64,000 bases of DNA from Giardia intestinalis (lineage: Eukaryota). The notes under the pieces were generated by a model. The model saw only the letters and a program-made list of their open reading frames with translations, had not been told where the DNA came from and did not search any database. The first letter of the stretch is position 1, and each line of letters opens with the position of its first letter. Shown here one piece after another: positions 1 through 10,800 of this stretch. The stretch is taken from assembly GCA_000002435.2 (NCBI GenBank), contig CM018789.1, one strand, 5' to 3'. Made by a program: the position numbers and the translations under genes.

Positions 1-1602
1 GGTTGTGAGACATGCACCGCGCCGCAGCAGATAACTGACAATACTGGAACCGCCACAGCGACGTGCACGAAGTGTGCGAGCAATAATATCGTCAAGACAG
101 ATGCGGATGAAACGACGTGCATCGCCGAGTCTGAGTGTCCCACGACAAAGGGCTTTTTCGTGGAAGACCCTGGCAGCGGGAATCAAAAGAAGTGCACGAC
201 CTGTTCGCCAAATTGCCTCTCCTGTACAAGCGCTGCGGAAGCAGCTTGCAAGTCGTGTACAGTTGAGACGCACTTCCTGGGAGCAGAGGATGGACAAGTG
301 GGCAAGTGTGTGTCATGTGGAGACGCTGCTACAGGCTCTGGTGACTGGAAGGGCGTCACGGGCTGCGCCAAGTGCGCGAAGCCCGAGGCTGCGGGGGCCG
401 CTACCTGCACCGAGTGCGCTAGCGACTACTTGAAGACAGAGGCCGGCGCAACATCCTGCGTAGAAAGGAACCGGTGCACCGGAGGATTCTTCCCCAACGA
501 CGATGTAGACGGCAAAAAGCAGTGCGTTCCTTGCGGTGATGCAGCACATAAAGGCATACCCAATTGCCGGACATGCACAGAAAGCGGAGGCGCTGTAACC
601 TGCGATGCGTGCACAGAAGGAAATACGCCTACCACGGACAAGACGGCGTGCATACCGTGCAGTGTGGATGGGTGCGACAGCTGTAACGAGGAGAACGTCT
701 GCGCAAAGTGTGCTACTGACAAATATCTCACCTCCACGGGTCAGTGTGTAGACGACTGTGAGGCTCTCGAAGGCTATTACAGCGATAAGTCTACTAATAA
801 GTGTGAGAAGTGTAGTCCTGCATGCAAGATGTGTACAAAGACGGCTGATCAATGCTCGAGCTGCCCTGCAAAGAAGGTGCTTCAGTATAGTAGCGAAAGC
901 AACCTAGATTATGGCGGCTCGTGTGTAGATGAATGTAAGGCAGGTATGAATGGCTGTGCAGAGTGCGGCGCAACTATCGGAGAGGCCAAGTATTGCTCCA
1001 AATGCAGCGACGCCAAGCAAGCACCACTGAACGGTAACTGCACTGTTAGCGCTAGGGCAGCTGCATCATGCAAGCGAGTGGAGGAAGGCGCATGTAAAGA
1101 ATGCGAAACAGGATACTTTCTTCTCGAAGGTGGATGCTATCAGACAACGAGACAGCCTGGCATGCAGGTATGTAAGACAGCCAATGGGGGGTCGTGCCAA
1201 ACCTGTGCGAACGAGTTGGCTGCTAGCAGCGGAGACTGCTCTACTCAGACATGCCATCCTAGCTGTAAGACGTGTAGTGCAGCCAATGATGCTAGCAAAT
1301 GCAAAGTATGTGCCGCCGGATACTACAAACAAAGCGATGAAAACACCGCTGGAAAATGTGATCCGTGTTCACAGGGTAATGATAAATGTACCTTATGCAG
1401 ATATTCTACGAAGTTCATATGCCTTGCAAAGGATTCATCTGATGGAGACGGAACCGATACCAAACCCGTTGATCCTCCTTCTAGCAACAAGAGCGGGCTC
1501 TCCACGGGCGCCATCGCTGGCATCTCCGTCGCAGCCATCGTCGTCGTCGGAGGGCTCGTCGGCTTCCTCTGCTGGTGGTTCATCTGCAGAGGCAAAGCGT
1601 AG
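1..1602 (+). CDS. Variant-specific surface protein (VSP), 5'-partial: the frame-1 ORF is open from base 1. Cys-rich CXXC repeats, a C-terminal transmembrane helix and the invariant CRGKA tail.
   Basis: Frame 1 is open from position 1 to TAG at 1600-1602. Translation has more than 50 CXXC/CXC motifs. It ends ...GLVGFLCWWFICRGKA, the hallmark Giardia VSP C-terminus. Confidence 0.9.
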   Translation, partial: GCETCTAPQQITDNTGTATATCTKCASNNIVKTDADETTCIAESECPTTKGFFVEDPGSGNQKKCTTCSPNCLSCTSAAEAACKSCTVETHFLGAEDGQVGKCVSCGDAATGSGDWKGVTGCAKCAKPEAAGAATCTECASDYLKTEAGATSCVERNRCTGGFFPNDDVDGKKQCVPCGDAAHKGIPNCRTCTESGGAVTCDACTEGNTPTTDKTACIPCSVDGCDSCNEENVCAKCATDKYLTSTGQCVDDCEALEGYYSDKSTNKCEKCSPACKMCTKTADQCSSCPAKKVLQYSSESNLDYGGSCVDECKAGMNGCAECGATIGEAKYCSKCSDAKQAPLNGNCTVSARAAASCKRVEEGACKECETGYFLLEGGCYQTTRQPGMQVCKTANGGSCQTCANELAASSGDCSTQTCHPSCKTCSAANDASKCKVCAAGYYKQSDENTAGKCDPCSQGNDKCTLCRYSTKFICLAKDSSDGDGTDTKPVDPPSSNKSGLSTGAIAGISVAAIVVVGGLVGFLCWWFICRGKA

Positions 1603-2706
1603 ATGTACTTAGGTAGTAAATGTGTCGGCTAATATCCATCCGCCCTCCGAGGCCTCGTCGCAGCTCTGCCCTGCAGTATGCGCCAGGGGAGCAGCCGGCC
1701 GTCTGGGTGCCGTGTTTGCCAACTGGTTCTCGAGCTCGCGGCTGCCCGGATCCAAGAGGCCCGTGCCGTCTGAGAGTGGCGCGACCGCCGCCCTCTGCCC
1801 CAGCCTTCTCCGCCCGGTGTCCTCGACAGGAAGCGGGCGGCCGGGCTAGGGTTCTTGCGCTATCGTTAGCCGCCACTAGATCCTCTCCTGTGCGGTGCAC
1901 CAGAGCTGGGCCGCCTGCTGTGCACTTAGAGGCCGCACGGATAGCCCGCCCAATCCTGGCCCTCTGAGGGCGGGTGGTTGTGACAGCAGGCAGGGGCTCC
2001 CCTCTACTCCTGCAGAGGGACGACCAGGAGCCCGGTGCGGTCATCGGTGCCTGGGCCTGTGTCTCGTGCAGCGCGGGCTGGAGAGCAGACACAGCCCCCG
2101 ACCAGAGCCCGGCCGCCACAACTGCGATCACCTCATCCACCACCGAAGTAGCTCACTGGAAGCTTAGGGGCACATACAGACACCGCCCCCCGGTCTCCAC
2201 CAGGAGCTCCTCCAGCCCTCACCGCCCCATACCCCTGCCTCACCAACCAGCCGGCCCGCTACGGGACCCAGGTGACCGCGACTGTGGGAGCGCGGCCCGG
2301 GCCACAGCTGACCGGACACCGAGGAGCGGCCAGCGGAGAGCCCGATGGCAGCCCCTGACAGACGGAAGCATCCAAAAAGACGGCGACCCGAGCTTCACCC
2401 ACCACGAAGGAAGACCAAGGAGAGGCGCCACGGGTAGACCAGAGAGTCCGCGAGAAGGCCAGGGCCCTGGACGCACACACCCACGGAGCGACCGAGGAAG
2501 GCGCCGGGCTCCTCGTGTGCCGATAGCGGGGATCCCCTTGCTGCGCCGTCCGCGGCCAGCACTCGTCTCCGGGCACGGCCAAAGGAGCGCGGCTTGTCTG
2601 GGAGCTCTCTGGGCCGCATCTAGGCAGGCGCAGCGAGCACAGGGAGGAGACCCGACCTCCTTCCCCGTCTTCTCCTGCTCCCGGAGCTGGGTGGCGCCGG
2701 GCGTCG
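355..2706. repeat. Inverted duplication, arm A (2352 bp). It covers the 3' 1.25 kb of the VSP CDS plus 1.1 kb of GC-rich 3' flank.
   Basis: The reverse complement of 5202-7553 matches this arm, with p+q = 7908. Six-frame ORF pairs are identical (1622..1849+ equals 6059..6286-, 1895..2167+ equals 5741..6013-, 1580..2143- equals 5765..6328+). Only about 2 single-base differences are visible as amino-acid changes. Confidence 0.9.
1615..1621 (+). promoter_or_regulatory. Giardia polyadenylation signal AGTAAAT (AGTRAAY), 13 nt after the VSP stop.
   Basis: The sequence tag-atgtacttaggtAGTAAATgtg follows the stop directly. The same heptamer sits just after the stops of prefoldin (about 16007-16013), P2 (about 34882-34888) and NADH oxidase (about 10788-10794 on the minus strand). 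Confidence 0.5.
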
Positions 2707-3040
2707 GAACCAGACGTCCGAGACGCCGCCCGATACGAGGAAGTGGACTAAGAACGTATTTGCTGGAAACCACCTCAGCGATCAACACTGTATCATCCTC
2801 GGAGTCACATACAGTGCCACGGCCGATGGCAAGACAGATTAATCACGTCCCGGAATGCGCCACTCCTATGCCCGCTGCTCTCACAGCCGTCGCCGGCCCC
2901 CAGGTAGTCAACGACCGTGGTGACACCAGCATACATACTTCTGCCTTGTTTACTAGGAGAAGGGCTGTATTGTCCCAGCACGATAGAAACTGGGTACGCA
3001 TACAAGCAAGGCAGACAGGAGAAGACATTGATCTGCGCCG

Positions 3041-5077
3041 TCACAGAAGATCCGGCTCCTCTAGAAGGAACTCGTTGTGGCTCTCTGACCCGGAATTTAT
3101 GCTGCGTAATTTGCTAACTCGGACCCCCCGCTTCTTCGCAAGATTGACGAGGAACGGAGTAGCCACGATGAAACCGACGATGATGAGGCCCAAGATAACA
3201 ATCGTAGAGATGAGTCCTGCACCCCTGCTGGAGAAGTTAAAGTCCGGCTTATCGCAGTAGAGACCCATGATTGAGCTGATGGCGAAAACCTGGCCAGACG
3301 TGCACCGCTCGCAAGAAATCACTTTCTTACTATCTATAACACAGGACGCACACCCACTTAGGCATTTAACGCATGTATTGTCACTATTAAAATAGTATCC
3401 CTGCACACACTCACCAGACTCACAAGTAGCGTCTGTACACTCTCCCTTGCAGCCTTCCAAGCACGGGGAGCACCGATCTCCATTAGCCGAAACGCCATAG
3501 CCGGCTAGGCACTCGCTGCACGAAGAGCCATTAGATGAATAGACTTTGCAATTTTCTACTTGTCCTTTTATGCAATTTTTATTATCAGACGACAGATAGA
3601 ATCCTTTCTTGCAAACGCTACATTGATCTATTGAGGAAACACACATCTCACAGTTGGCGACCCTACATTCTTCTAACGTATTTTTGCTACTATCATACCG
3701 GTAGCCATTGAACCCTGTTTTGCACTCGGAAAGTGACGCTCCAGTGCATATTTGGCAATTTTCTACGCACTTCTCACACATACCGTTGGTCAGATAAAAG
3801 CCTCCTCTGCATGCACTGCAACCCTGTGCAGAATCCGAAGCACTCTTCGCTTTAATACAGTTCTCCATCACGGAACCCACTTCGATGCACCTTCCATTCT
3901 GCAGGACAAAGCCCTCATCGCAATTAGTGCAGTTCGTTGCGGCGTTCTCACAAGTAAGGCAGTTGTCGTCACAATAAACACAGAGATTATCATACAGATA
4001 GTATCCATCCAGACACTCAGTACAATGAAAGCGATCGCTGCACTCTATGCAGCCCGCGATCGAACCATAGCAGGGGAGACAAAGATCATTCTCTAAGAAT
4101 CCCTTATTTGTGCAGTCTATCGATGGGGGATTAGAGCACCAGATACCATATATCTTTGGTCCTACAATAGGCTGAATCGAACCCTTACACCGAGTACAAA
4201 TGGGAACAGTTTGTTCTTGATCGAAGTAGCAGCTGTCACAGCCAGATGGACACTCAACGCACCTGGTCATGTATGAAGGATAGTAATATCCTGGCTTGCA
4301 TCCGGCCGAAAGGCACTTCCCAGGAAGCTGGTATTCGCTATTGGCACAGACTTCGCAGTTGCTCCCACATGCTTGGCAGGCGCCTTCAGAAGTGAGGGCA
4401 TAGCCGGGCATGCAGAAAGTGCACTTGCTGGAATCGCACGTGCTGCAATTGCCAGTACAACTTACACATGTTGCTGATTGTGACGTTGTTGATGGCGTAG
4501 AAAGCCTATAACCTGGCTTGCAGACAGTGCATGCTCCATCATCTGCGCAAGTGTCACAGTTAGCACTGGTACAGGCAGCTGGACTCTTCGTCGAGGGGTT
4601 AACATAGTACCCTGAGGCGGCCCTCGTGCACTCAGTGGCGCTCTTGCAGGATAGACAGTTATCAGCACACTTTGTGCAGGGGGCTGATCCCGCGCCCGAG
4701 TGGAAGTACCCCTCTGCGCAGGTCATGCACTTTCCTGTGTCATGGACGCACTTGCTACATCCTGGATATAAGTCATTGGGCTCCTTGCACGTCCCGTCCT
4801 GTGCTCTGCAGTGGGCCTCGCTGCACGCTGTGCACTTCCCCGGGCCGGTGCAGCGCTCACAGGTGGGATCGCACGGCTTGCAGTACCCTCCCTCGAGATA
4901 CGCCCCGGAAGCGCACCTCGTGCACGCGCCTGCCCCGGTGCACTCCAGGCACCACTTTATCGCCGCAGCGCACTCAACACACATGCTCCCGGTCAGGTAG
5001 TGGTTTTTGGGGCAGCTCATCTTCCCTCCACGCGAAGGCGCGGTGGCCAGAGCGACGAGCACCACCAACGCATGCAT
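3041..5077 (-). CDS. High-cysteine membrane protein (HCMP; VSP-like Cys-rich ectodomain, single transmembrane helix, cytoplasmic tail of about 35 aa not ending in CRGKA).
   Basis: 678 aa from ATG at 5077; the track start at 5080 is TTG. It has an N-terminal signal peptide MHALVVLVALATAPS, dense CXXC/CXC repeats and a C-terminal transmembrane segment GLISTIVILGLIIVGFIVATPFLV followed by a KKRG... tail. Confidence 0.85.
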   Translation of the reverse strand: MHALVVLVALATAPSRGGKMSCPKNHYLTGSMCVECAAAIKWCLECTGAGACTRCASGAYLEGGYCKPCDPTCERCTGPGKCTACSEAHCRAQDGTCKEPNDLYPGCSKCVHDTGKCMTCAEGYFHSGAGSAPCTKCADNCLSCKSATECTRAASGYYVNPSTKSPAACTSANCDTCADDGACTVCKPGYRLSTPSTTSQSATCVSCTGNCSTCDSSKCTFCMPGYALTSEGACQACGSNCEVCANSEYQLPGKCLSAGCKPGYYYPSYMTRCVECPSGCDSCYFDQEQTVPICTRCKGSIQPIVGPKIYGIWCSNPPSIDCTNKGFLENDLCLPCYGSIAGCIECSDRFHCTECLDGYYLYDNLCVYCDDNCLTCENAATNCTNCDEGFVLQNGRCIEVGSVMENCIKAKSASDSAQGCSACRGGFYLTNGMCEKCVENCQICTGASLSECKTGFNGYRYDSSKNTLEECRVANCEMCVSSIDQCSVCKKGFYLSSDNKNCIKGQVENCKVYSSNGSSCSECLAGYGVSANGDRCSPCLEGCKGECTDATCESGECVQGYYFNSDNTCVKCLSGCASCVIDSKKVISCERCTSGQVFAISSIMGLYCDKPDFNFSSRGAGLISTIVILGLIIVGFIVATPFLVNLAKKRGVRVSKLRSINSGSESHNEFLLEEPDLL

Positions 5078-5201
5078 CAACAGCTGTCTAAAAGTATTAA
5101 TTTTTAATCTTAGATCGTGTTATTAGTGGAAGTAGTGTTTGCTTGTTACCTCCTATTCGAGTAAATCTTTCGATTAAAGCGAGTCCCCATGCGCCTCGTT
5201 G

Positions 5202-7553
5202 CGACGCCCGGCGCCACCCAGCTCCGGGAGCAGGAGAAGACGGGGAAGGAGGTCGGGTCTCCTCCCTGTGCTCGCTGCGCCTGCCTAGATGCGGCCCAGA
5301 GAGCTCCCAGACAAGCCGCGCTCCTTTGGCCGTGCCCGGAGACGAGTGCTGGCCGCGGACGGCGCAGCAAGGGGATCCCCGCTATCGGCACACGAGGAGC
5401 CCGGCGCCTTCCTCGGTCGCTCCGTGGGTGTGTGCGTCCAGGGCCCTGGCCTTCTCGCGGACTCTCTGGTCTACCCGTGGCGCCTCTCCTTGGTCTTCCT
5501 TCGTGGTGGGTGAAGCTCGGGTCGCCGTCTTTTTGGATGCTTCCGTCTGTCAGGGGCTGCCATCGGGCTCTCCGCTGGCCGCTCCTCGGTGTCCGGTCAG
5601 CTGTGGCCCGGGCCGCGCTCCCACAGTCGCGGTCACCTGGGTCCCGTAGCGGGCCGGCTGGTTGGTGAGGCAGGGGTATGGGGCGGTGAGGGCTGGAGGA
5701 GCTCCTGGTGGAGACCGGGGGGCGGTGTCTGTATGTGCCCCTAAGCTTCCAGTGAGCTACTTCGGTGGTGGATGAGGTGATCGCAGTTGTGGCGGCCGGG
5801 CTCTGGTCGGGGGCTGTGTCTGCTCTCCAGCCCGCGCTGCACGAGACACAGGCCCAGGCACCGATGACCGCACCGGGCTCCTGGTCGTCCCTCTGCAGGA
5901 GTAGAGGGGAGCCCCTGCCTGCTGTCACAACCACCCGCCCTCAGAGGGCCAGGATTGGGCGGGCTATCCGTGCGGCCTCTAAGTGCACAGCAGGCGGCCC
6001 AGCTCTGGTGCACCGCACAGGAGAGGATCTAGTGGCGGCTAACGATAGCGCAAGAACCCTAGCCCGGCCGCCCGCTTCCTGTCGAGGACACCGGGCGGAG
6101 AAGGCTGGGGCAGAGGGCGGCGGTCGCGCCACTCTCAGACGGCACGGGCCTCTTGGATCCGGGCAGCCGCGAGCTCGAGAACCAGTTGGCAAACACGGCA
6201 CCCAGACGGCCGGCTGCTCCCCTGGCGCATACTACAGGGCAGAGCTGCGACGAGGCCTCGGAGGGCGGATGGATATTAGCCGACACATTTACTACCTAAG
6301 TACATCTACGCTTTGCCTCTGCAGATGAACCACCAGCAGAGGAAGCCGACGAGCCCTCCGACGACGACGATGGCTGCGACGGAGATGCCAGCGATGGCGC
6401 CCGTGGAGAGCCCGCTCTTGTTGCTAGAAGGAGGATCAACGGGTTTGGTATCGGTTCCGTCTCCATCAGATGAATCCTTTGCAAGGCATATGAACTTCGT
6501 AGAATATCTGCATAAGGTACATTTATCATTACCCTGTGAACACGGATCACATTTTCCAGCGGTGTTTTCATCGCTTTGTTTGTAGTATCCGGCGGCACAT
6601 ACTTTGCATTTGCTAGCATCATTGGCTGCACTACACGTCTTACAGCTAGGATGGCATGTCTGAGTAGAGCAGTCTCCGCTGCTAGCAGCCAACTCGTTCG
6701 CACAGGTTTGGCACGACCCCCCATTGGCTGTCTTACATACCTGCATGCCAGGCTGTCTCGTTGTCTGATAGCATCCACCTTCGAGAAGAAAGTATCCTGT
6801 TTCGCATTCTTTACATGCGCCTTCCTCCACTCGCTTGCATGATGCAGCTGCCCTAGCGCTAACAGTGCAGTTACCGTTCAGTGGTGCTTGCTTGGCGTCG
6901 CTGCATTTGGAGCAATACTTGGCCTCTCCGATAGTTGCGCCGCACTCTGCACAGCCATTCATACCTGCCTTACATTCATCTACACACGAGCCGCCATAAT
7001 CTAGGTTGCTTTCGCTACTATACTGAAGCACCTTCTTTGCAGGGCAGCTCGAGCATTGATCAGCCGTCTTTGTACACATCTTGCATGCAGGACTACACTT
7101 CTCACACTTATTAGTAGACTTATCGCTGTAATAGCCTTCGAGAGCCTCACAGTCGTCTACACACTGACCCGTGGAGGTGAGATATTTGTCAGTAGCACAC
7201 TTTGCGCAGACGTTCTCCTCGTTACAGCTGTCGCACCCATCCACACTGCACGGTATGCACGCCGTCTTGTCCGTGGTAGGCGTATTTCCTTCTGTGCACG
7301 CATCGCAGGTTACAGCGCCTCCGCTTTCTGTGCATGTCCGGCAATTGGGTATGCCTTTATGTGCTGCATCACCGCAAGGAACGCACTGCTTTTTGCCGTC
7401 TACATCGTCGTTGGGGAAGAATCCTCCGGTGCACCGGTTCCTTTCTACGCAGGATGTTGCGCCGGCCTCTGTCTTCAAGTAGTCGCTAGCGCACTCGGTG
7501 CAGGTAGCGGCCCCCGCAGCCTCGGGCTTCGCGCACTTGGCGCAGCCCGTGAC
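5202..7553. repeat. Inverted duplication, arm B. This is the derived copy, since its breakpoint falls inside the VSP coding sequence.
   Basis: See arm A. Homology starts exactly at the ...VTGCAKCAKPEAAGA codon run. The upstream VSP N-terminus and signal peptide are absent from this arm. Confidence 0.9.
6306..7553 (-). pseudogene. Truncated VSP copy: the 3' 415 codons are identical to the arm-A VSP including CRGKA, but there is no N-terminal region or signal peptide.
   Basis: ORF 6306..7652- is colinear with the VSP 355-1602 region. Upstream of the duplication breakpoint it reads MHAASTFLCLRYSSQTLYNLDLRGMRAGSAHRA, with no signal peptide. The first codon is TTG and the first ATG is at 7580. 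Confidence 0.7.
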
Positions 7554-8481
7554 GGCCCGGTGAGCGCTTCCGGCACGCATGCCCCGTAGGTCTAAGTTGT
7601 ACAGTGTTTGTGAACTGTAGCGGAGACAGAGAAAGGTGGAAGCTGCATGCAACTTCCATCGCGGGAGTGCACGTCCCCGGTGGTCTATGAAAATAACCTC
7701 ATGCTGCCAAGGTTTTACTGCGTACGAAAGTTAGTAACATGGTACTGGAGACAATCGGTGGATGGAATGAATCATCATCACCAGGAGGTAAGTTTTCTAG
7801 GAGCCTACACCGAGTACTCCCACACTCACAAGGAATCTCCCCTAGACCTCCCTCATGTACGCTGCTATTTCTGAGGGCACTGAGATAACTTAAAGGTACC
7901 CCCTCGACAGGGACAGAATGAACAGTAACAAGTACACCGCATTCATCCTTGTTGTCAAGGCCGAGCAGAGGGCTATGTTGGAACTACTCAAGCCAACCAA
8001 CAAGAGGGATATGGAGGCAGTGAGTCTCTGATTCCTCTCTAAAAACGAAGAGGTAAGGCAAATATAAGACCAGCAGTATTTACATGTCTATACACTGCTG
8101 CTCCAATGAGACAGTTCAGCTGGACACGTTACTTTTGTCAGAGTGTTGGTAAAGTATACGGATGAATTGAAGAGTGATCACGGCAGCACTGTCTTTATAT
8201 ATACAGTTGCTAATGATCACAAAGAATTTGTAGGATTGCTATTGAATAAAAGAGGGGCCTACAGGATACTAGCCGTTGAACTACTCTTATATTAGCGGCA
8301 TAGCATAACAAATCAGAATATGTCAAACTTCTCGCAGAGAAAAAGAGAAGTATAAAGACCATTCGGAGCTGGGATAGTCTTTTGCTCGGTCGACTACGTT
8401 TGCTGTGTATAGAAAGGAAGACTACAACTATCATAGTGTTTTCCACAAGAGTTCAGGGAGTAGCAAATTTGGTTGGTATAA

Positions 8482-9153
8482 ATGATAGCTCTTCATAGAT
8501 TCTCAAGAGTGATGACGGCGAAAACAATAAATTCTGGAACACAAGAATCGGTGATTATGTCTAAGGCGGCTCCGCAAGCTAGAAAGATAACACATTCTGA
8601 GGTTTTTCTTAAGGCAGAGAAGCTGGGACAGATTGTCCGTAATCAGCGCGGGGCTGTCACGGCTGACACAATAAGAAATGTTTTCGAATACCTTGACTTC
8701 GACAACAAGCGCTACATAACAATTCCCGTTCTAACAGGGTTCCTTACACAGTGCGAAGTCGTTGCAGATGATGTCTCTGTCTATAATGAAATCTTGCGCT
8801 ATCGTGAGTCTCGAATAAAGAAAGACGAGTATTTTGAAAAGCCTTCGATGGCCAAAGTGATGATTTCTCTAGAGGAGTTCTCATATTTCATGCTGTGCTC
8901 CACATTTACCAGCAAAGAGCTCCAGCCCATTCGGGAGTCATTTGAGTTGCTAGAGAAGATTACGCCGTCTCTGCGTGCTGACCAGCCAGGAACCCTTAAA
9001 ACTAACATTCTATTTAGAGAGCTACAGTTCTGGGGAATTATGACCCAAGATGAAATAGAACAAATAAGGCCCTTTTTTGGCATACTCCCAGACAGAAAAA
9101 CAATGGATGTTATCAACGCCGAGAAGATTCTGGCCCGGGTTTGTCTGGATTGA
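8482..9153 (+). CDS. Hypothetical protein (223 aa).
   Basis: ATG-initiated ORF in a gene-sized gap. A DFDNKRY stretch resembles an EF-hand loop but lacks Gly6 and Glu12, so I make no domain call. Confidence 0.4.
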   Translation: MIALHRFSRVMTAKTINSGTQESVIMSKAAPQARKITHSEVFLKAEKLGQIVRNQRGAVTADTIRNVFEYLDFDNKRYITIPVLTGFLTQCEVVADDVSVYNEILRYRESRIKKDEYFEKPSMAKVMISLEEFSYFMLCSTFTSKELQPIRESFELLEKITPSLRADQPGTLKTNILFRELQFWGIMTQDEIEQIRPFFGILPDRKTMDVINAEKILARVCLD

Positions 9154-9210
9154 ACATGGTTATCAGTAAACCGGTTGGTCTCTCTCGCCCGTAAAAATAA
9201 AGAATTAAAA

Positions 9211-10749
9211 ATGAAGGCGGTGCACCCAAGCTTCTCTCTGGAGGACGCTCACCGCGCCTATGAATCTAAGGATTATAAGACAGCAGTATCTGTCTACAGA
9301 GATATTCTTCTTCAAATTGAGGATGAGTCCGCCATAGCAGATCTAAATATTTGTCGACACTTCTTTGCCTTTGGTAAGTCTCTTCTGGAATATGCACGTC
9401 ACTTCAACAAGGAATACACCGATTATTTACAGCAGAGAGAAGAATATGCAGAGGTCAAAGGAAGCCTACCTGTGGGCATGGCCGAAGAAGACGAAACTAG
9501 TGAGGAGCTTCAAGACCTGACGTCCATTTTGCCTCCCGAGAAATATTTCGATATGGCAAAGCAGGTTTTCGGGGTCGCTGTGACAATTGCACAGAATGCC
9601 ATTGTTGAAGCACTTAATGGCATGGACATGAAAAAGGCAGCCATATCTGCCTCTCTAGGACCATCTAGTAGCGAGGTTACAAGGCAAATTAAATTCAAAC
9701 GGGTCTCTGATGCATGTAGAGAAGAGCTTAAGCTTCCGGTCAACCTATGTTTTAGCTCTATGTACAATTTGATGCTTTGCAAGTTAGAACAAGGGATATC
9801 CGTGACACTGGAATTTAAGGAGCTGTTTGCTGTCGCAATAGACCACGGGTTCTCTGTAACAGAGATGATTGACGGGACATTTGCGCTCTACACATTCTTC
9901 AACGTTCTTTCGGATTACTATGAAGAGAAAAAGCTTAAAAAATCCCTGGAAGAGTTTGAAAAGACGGTAGGCACAGTGCCTACTGCTGATTCGCCTGAGA
10001 ATGCAGATAGGGATGTTATGCAGCTGTCACATGTCTCCACAAGCTCTACCACGGATGCGGAAGTTCCGCCAGAAGAACTCCTAATAGAAATCTTGAAAGA
10101 TTTACACACCTATTACTCCGTTTGTCTGGCAAACGCTAAAATCATGACCAAAAGAAGTGTACTGGGCCGTCTCCGGCAGACGAAGGAAGGCGCCACCATT
10201 GAGAGCGACGCCACTGAGAACTTGCGTCTTCTAGAGCGAAAGTTGCATAGCCTGAATTGCGGGTTCAAGAACTATTTAGTGGAAAAACATCTGTGTGCAA
10301 CAACGTTTGGACAGTCCACCAGAAAAAGCCAAATATGTAACTTTGGTCACGAGAGTATTAGTGACGGAGATGTCTCCTACGATTCTAATATCAAGGAGAA
10401 GAAGGCTTTAGTTGCAGATACTCAGCATCGAATTGTATCTCTGAGCACACTTAGAGCTTCTGGTGTCTCTGAAGAAACCATCAGTTCCCTAAGAGCCTCT
10501 ATTAGCGATCCAAATGGAACAGTGAAGCCTTCACACCACAGTGACGATGACAGCTCAGACGACGAGGACTTTGTTCCTTCTTCTTCCGAAGATACCTCCG
10601 ATGTGCTCATAAACTCTGGTTGCAGTTCCAGCAGTGAATCTGGCAAATCATCCACCCGGTCGTCCTCGGACTCCTCTTACTCTTCCTCCTCGTCCTCCCT
10701 ATCTTCCAGCTCCTCGTCGTCCTCGCCCACCTCATCCTCGTCAGATTAG
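9211..10749 (+). CDS. Hypothetical protein with a TPR-like helical N-terminus and an acidic, serine-rich low-complexity C-terminal tail.
   Basis: The track ORF 9175..10749 starts with TTG, and the first ATG is at 9211 (MKAVHPSFSLEDAHRAYESKDYKTAVSVYRDILLQ...). The C-terminus is ...SSSSSSLSSSSSSSSPTSSSSD. NASP/SHNi-TPR-like architecture is only a guess. Confidence 0.5.
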   Translation: MKAVHPSFSLEDAHRAYESKDYKTAVSVYRDILLQIEDESAIADLNICRHFFAFGKSLLEYARHFNKEYTDYLQQREEYAEVKGSLPVGMAEEDETSEELQDLTSILPPEKYFDMAKQVFGVAVTIAQNAIVEALNGMDMKKAAISASLGPSSSEVTRQIKFKRVSDACREELKLPVNLCFSSMYNLMLCKLEQGISVTLEFKELFAVAIDHGFSVTEMIDGTFALYTFFNVLSDYYEEKKLKKSLEEFEKTVGTVPTADSPENADRDVMQLSHVSTSSTTDAEVPPEELLIEILKDLHTYYSVCLANAKIMTKRSVLGRLRQTKEGATIESDATENLRLLERKLHSLNCGFKNYLVEKHLCATTFGQSTRKSQICNFGHESISDGDVSYDSNIKEKKALVADTQHRIVSLSTLRASGVSEETISSLRASISDPNGTVKPSHHSDDDSSDDEDFVPSSSEDTSDVLINSGCSSSSESGKSSTRSSSDSSYSSSSSSLSSSSSSSSPTSSSSD

Positions 10750-10800
10750 CTTGTAAACTGCGCAACCACACAGTGCCTGTGCTAGATATTTACTCATTAC

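Noticed and set aside
74-1595. Multiple ORFs of 70-180 aa on both strands overlapping the VSP gene (for example 313..852-, 426..737-, 1130..1612+, 1323..1595-) and their mirror images in arm B
   Set aside because: They overlap a confidently identified VSP CDS, start with GTG or TTG in several cases, and are the usual GC3-bias antisense or out-of-frame artefacts.
1620-3260. Long GC-rich ORFs in the inverted-repeat flank (1974..3260+ 428 aa, 2240..2788- 182 aa, 1580..2143- 187 aa) and their arm-B counterparts
   Set aside because: They overlap on both strands and are Arg/Pro/Gly/Ser/Ala-rich with no motifs. The 428-aa ORF starts with GTG. In arm B the same frame terminates differently right after the repeat boundary. 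This is the behaviour of non-coding GC-rich DNA.
8482-9153. EF-hand calcium-binding call for the 223-aa protein (DFDNKRYITIPV)
   Set aside because: The loop lacks the invariant Gly at position 6 and the Glu at position 12, and no paired second EF-hand is evident.
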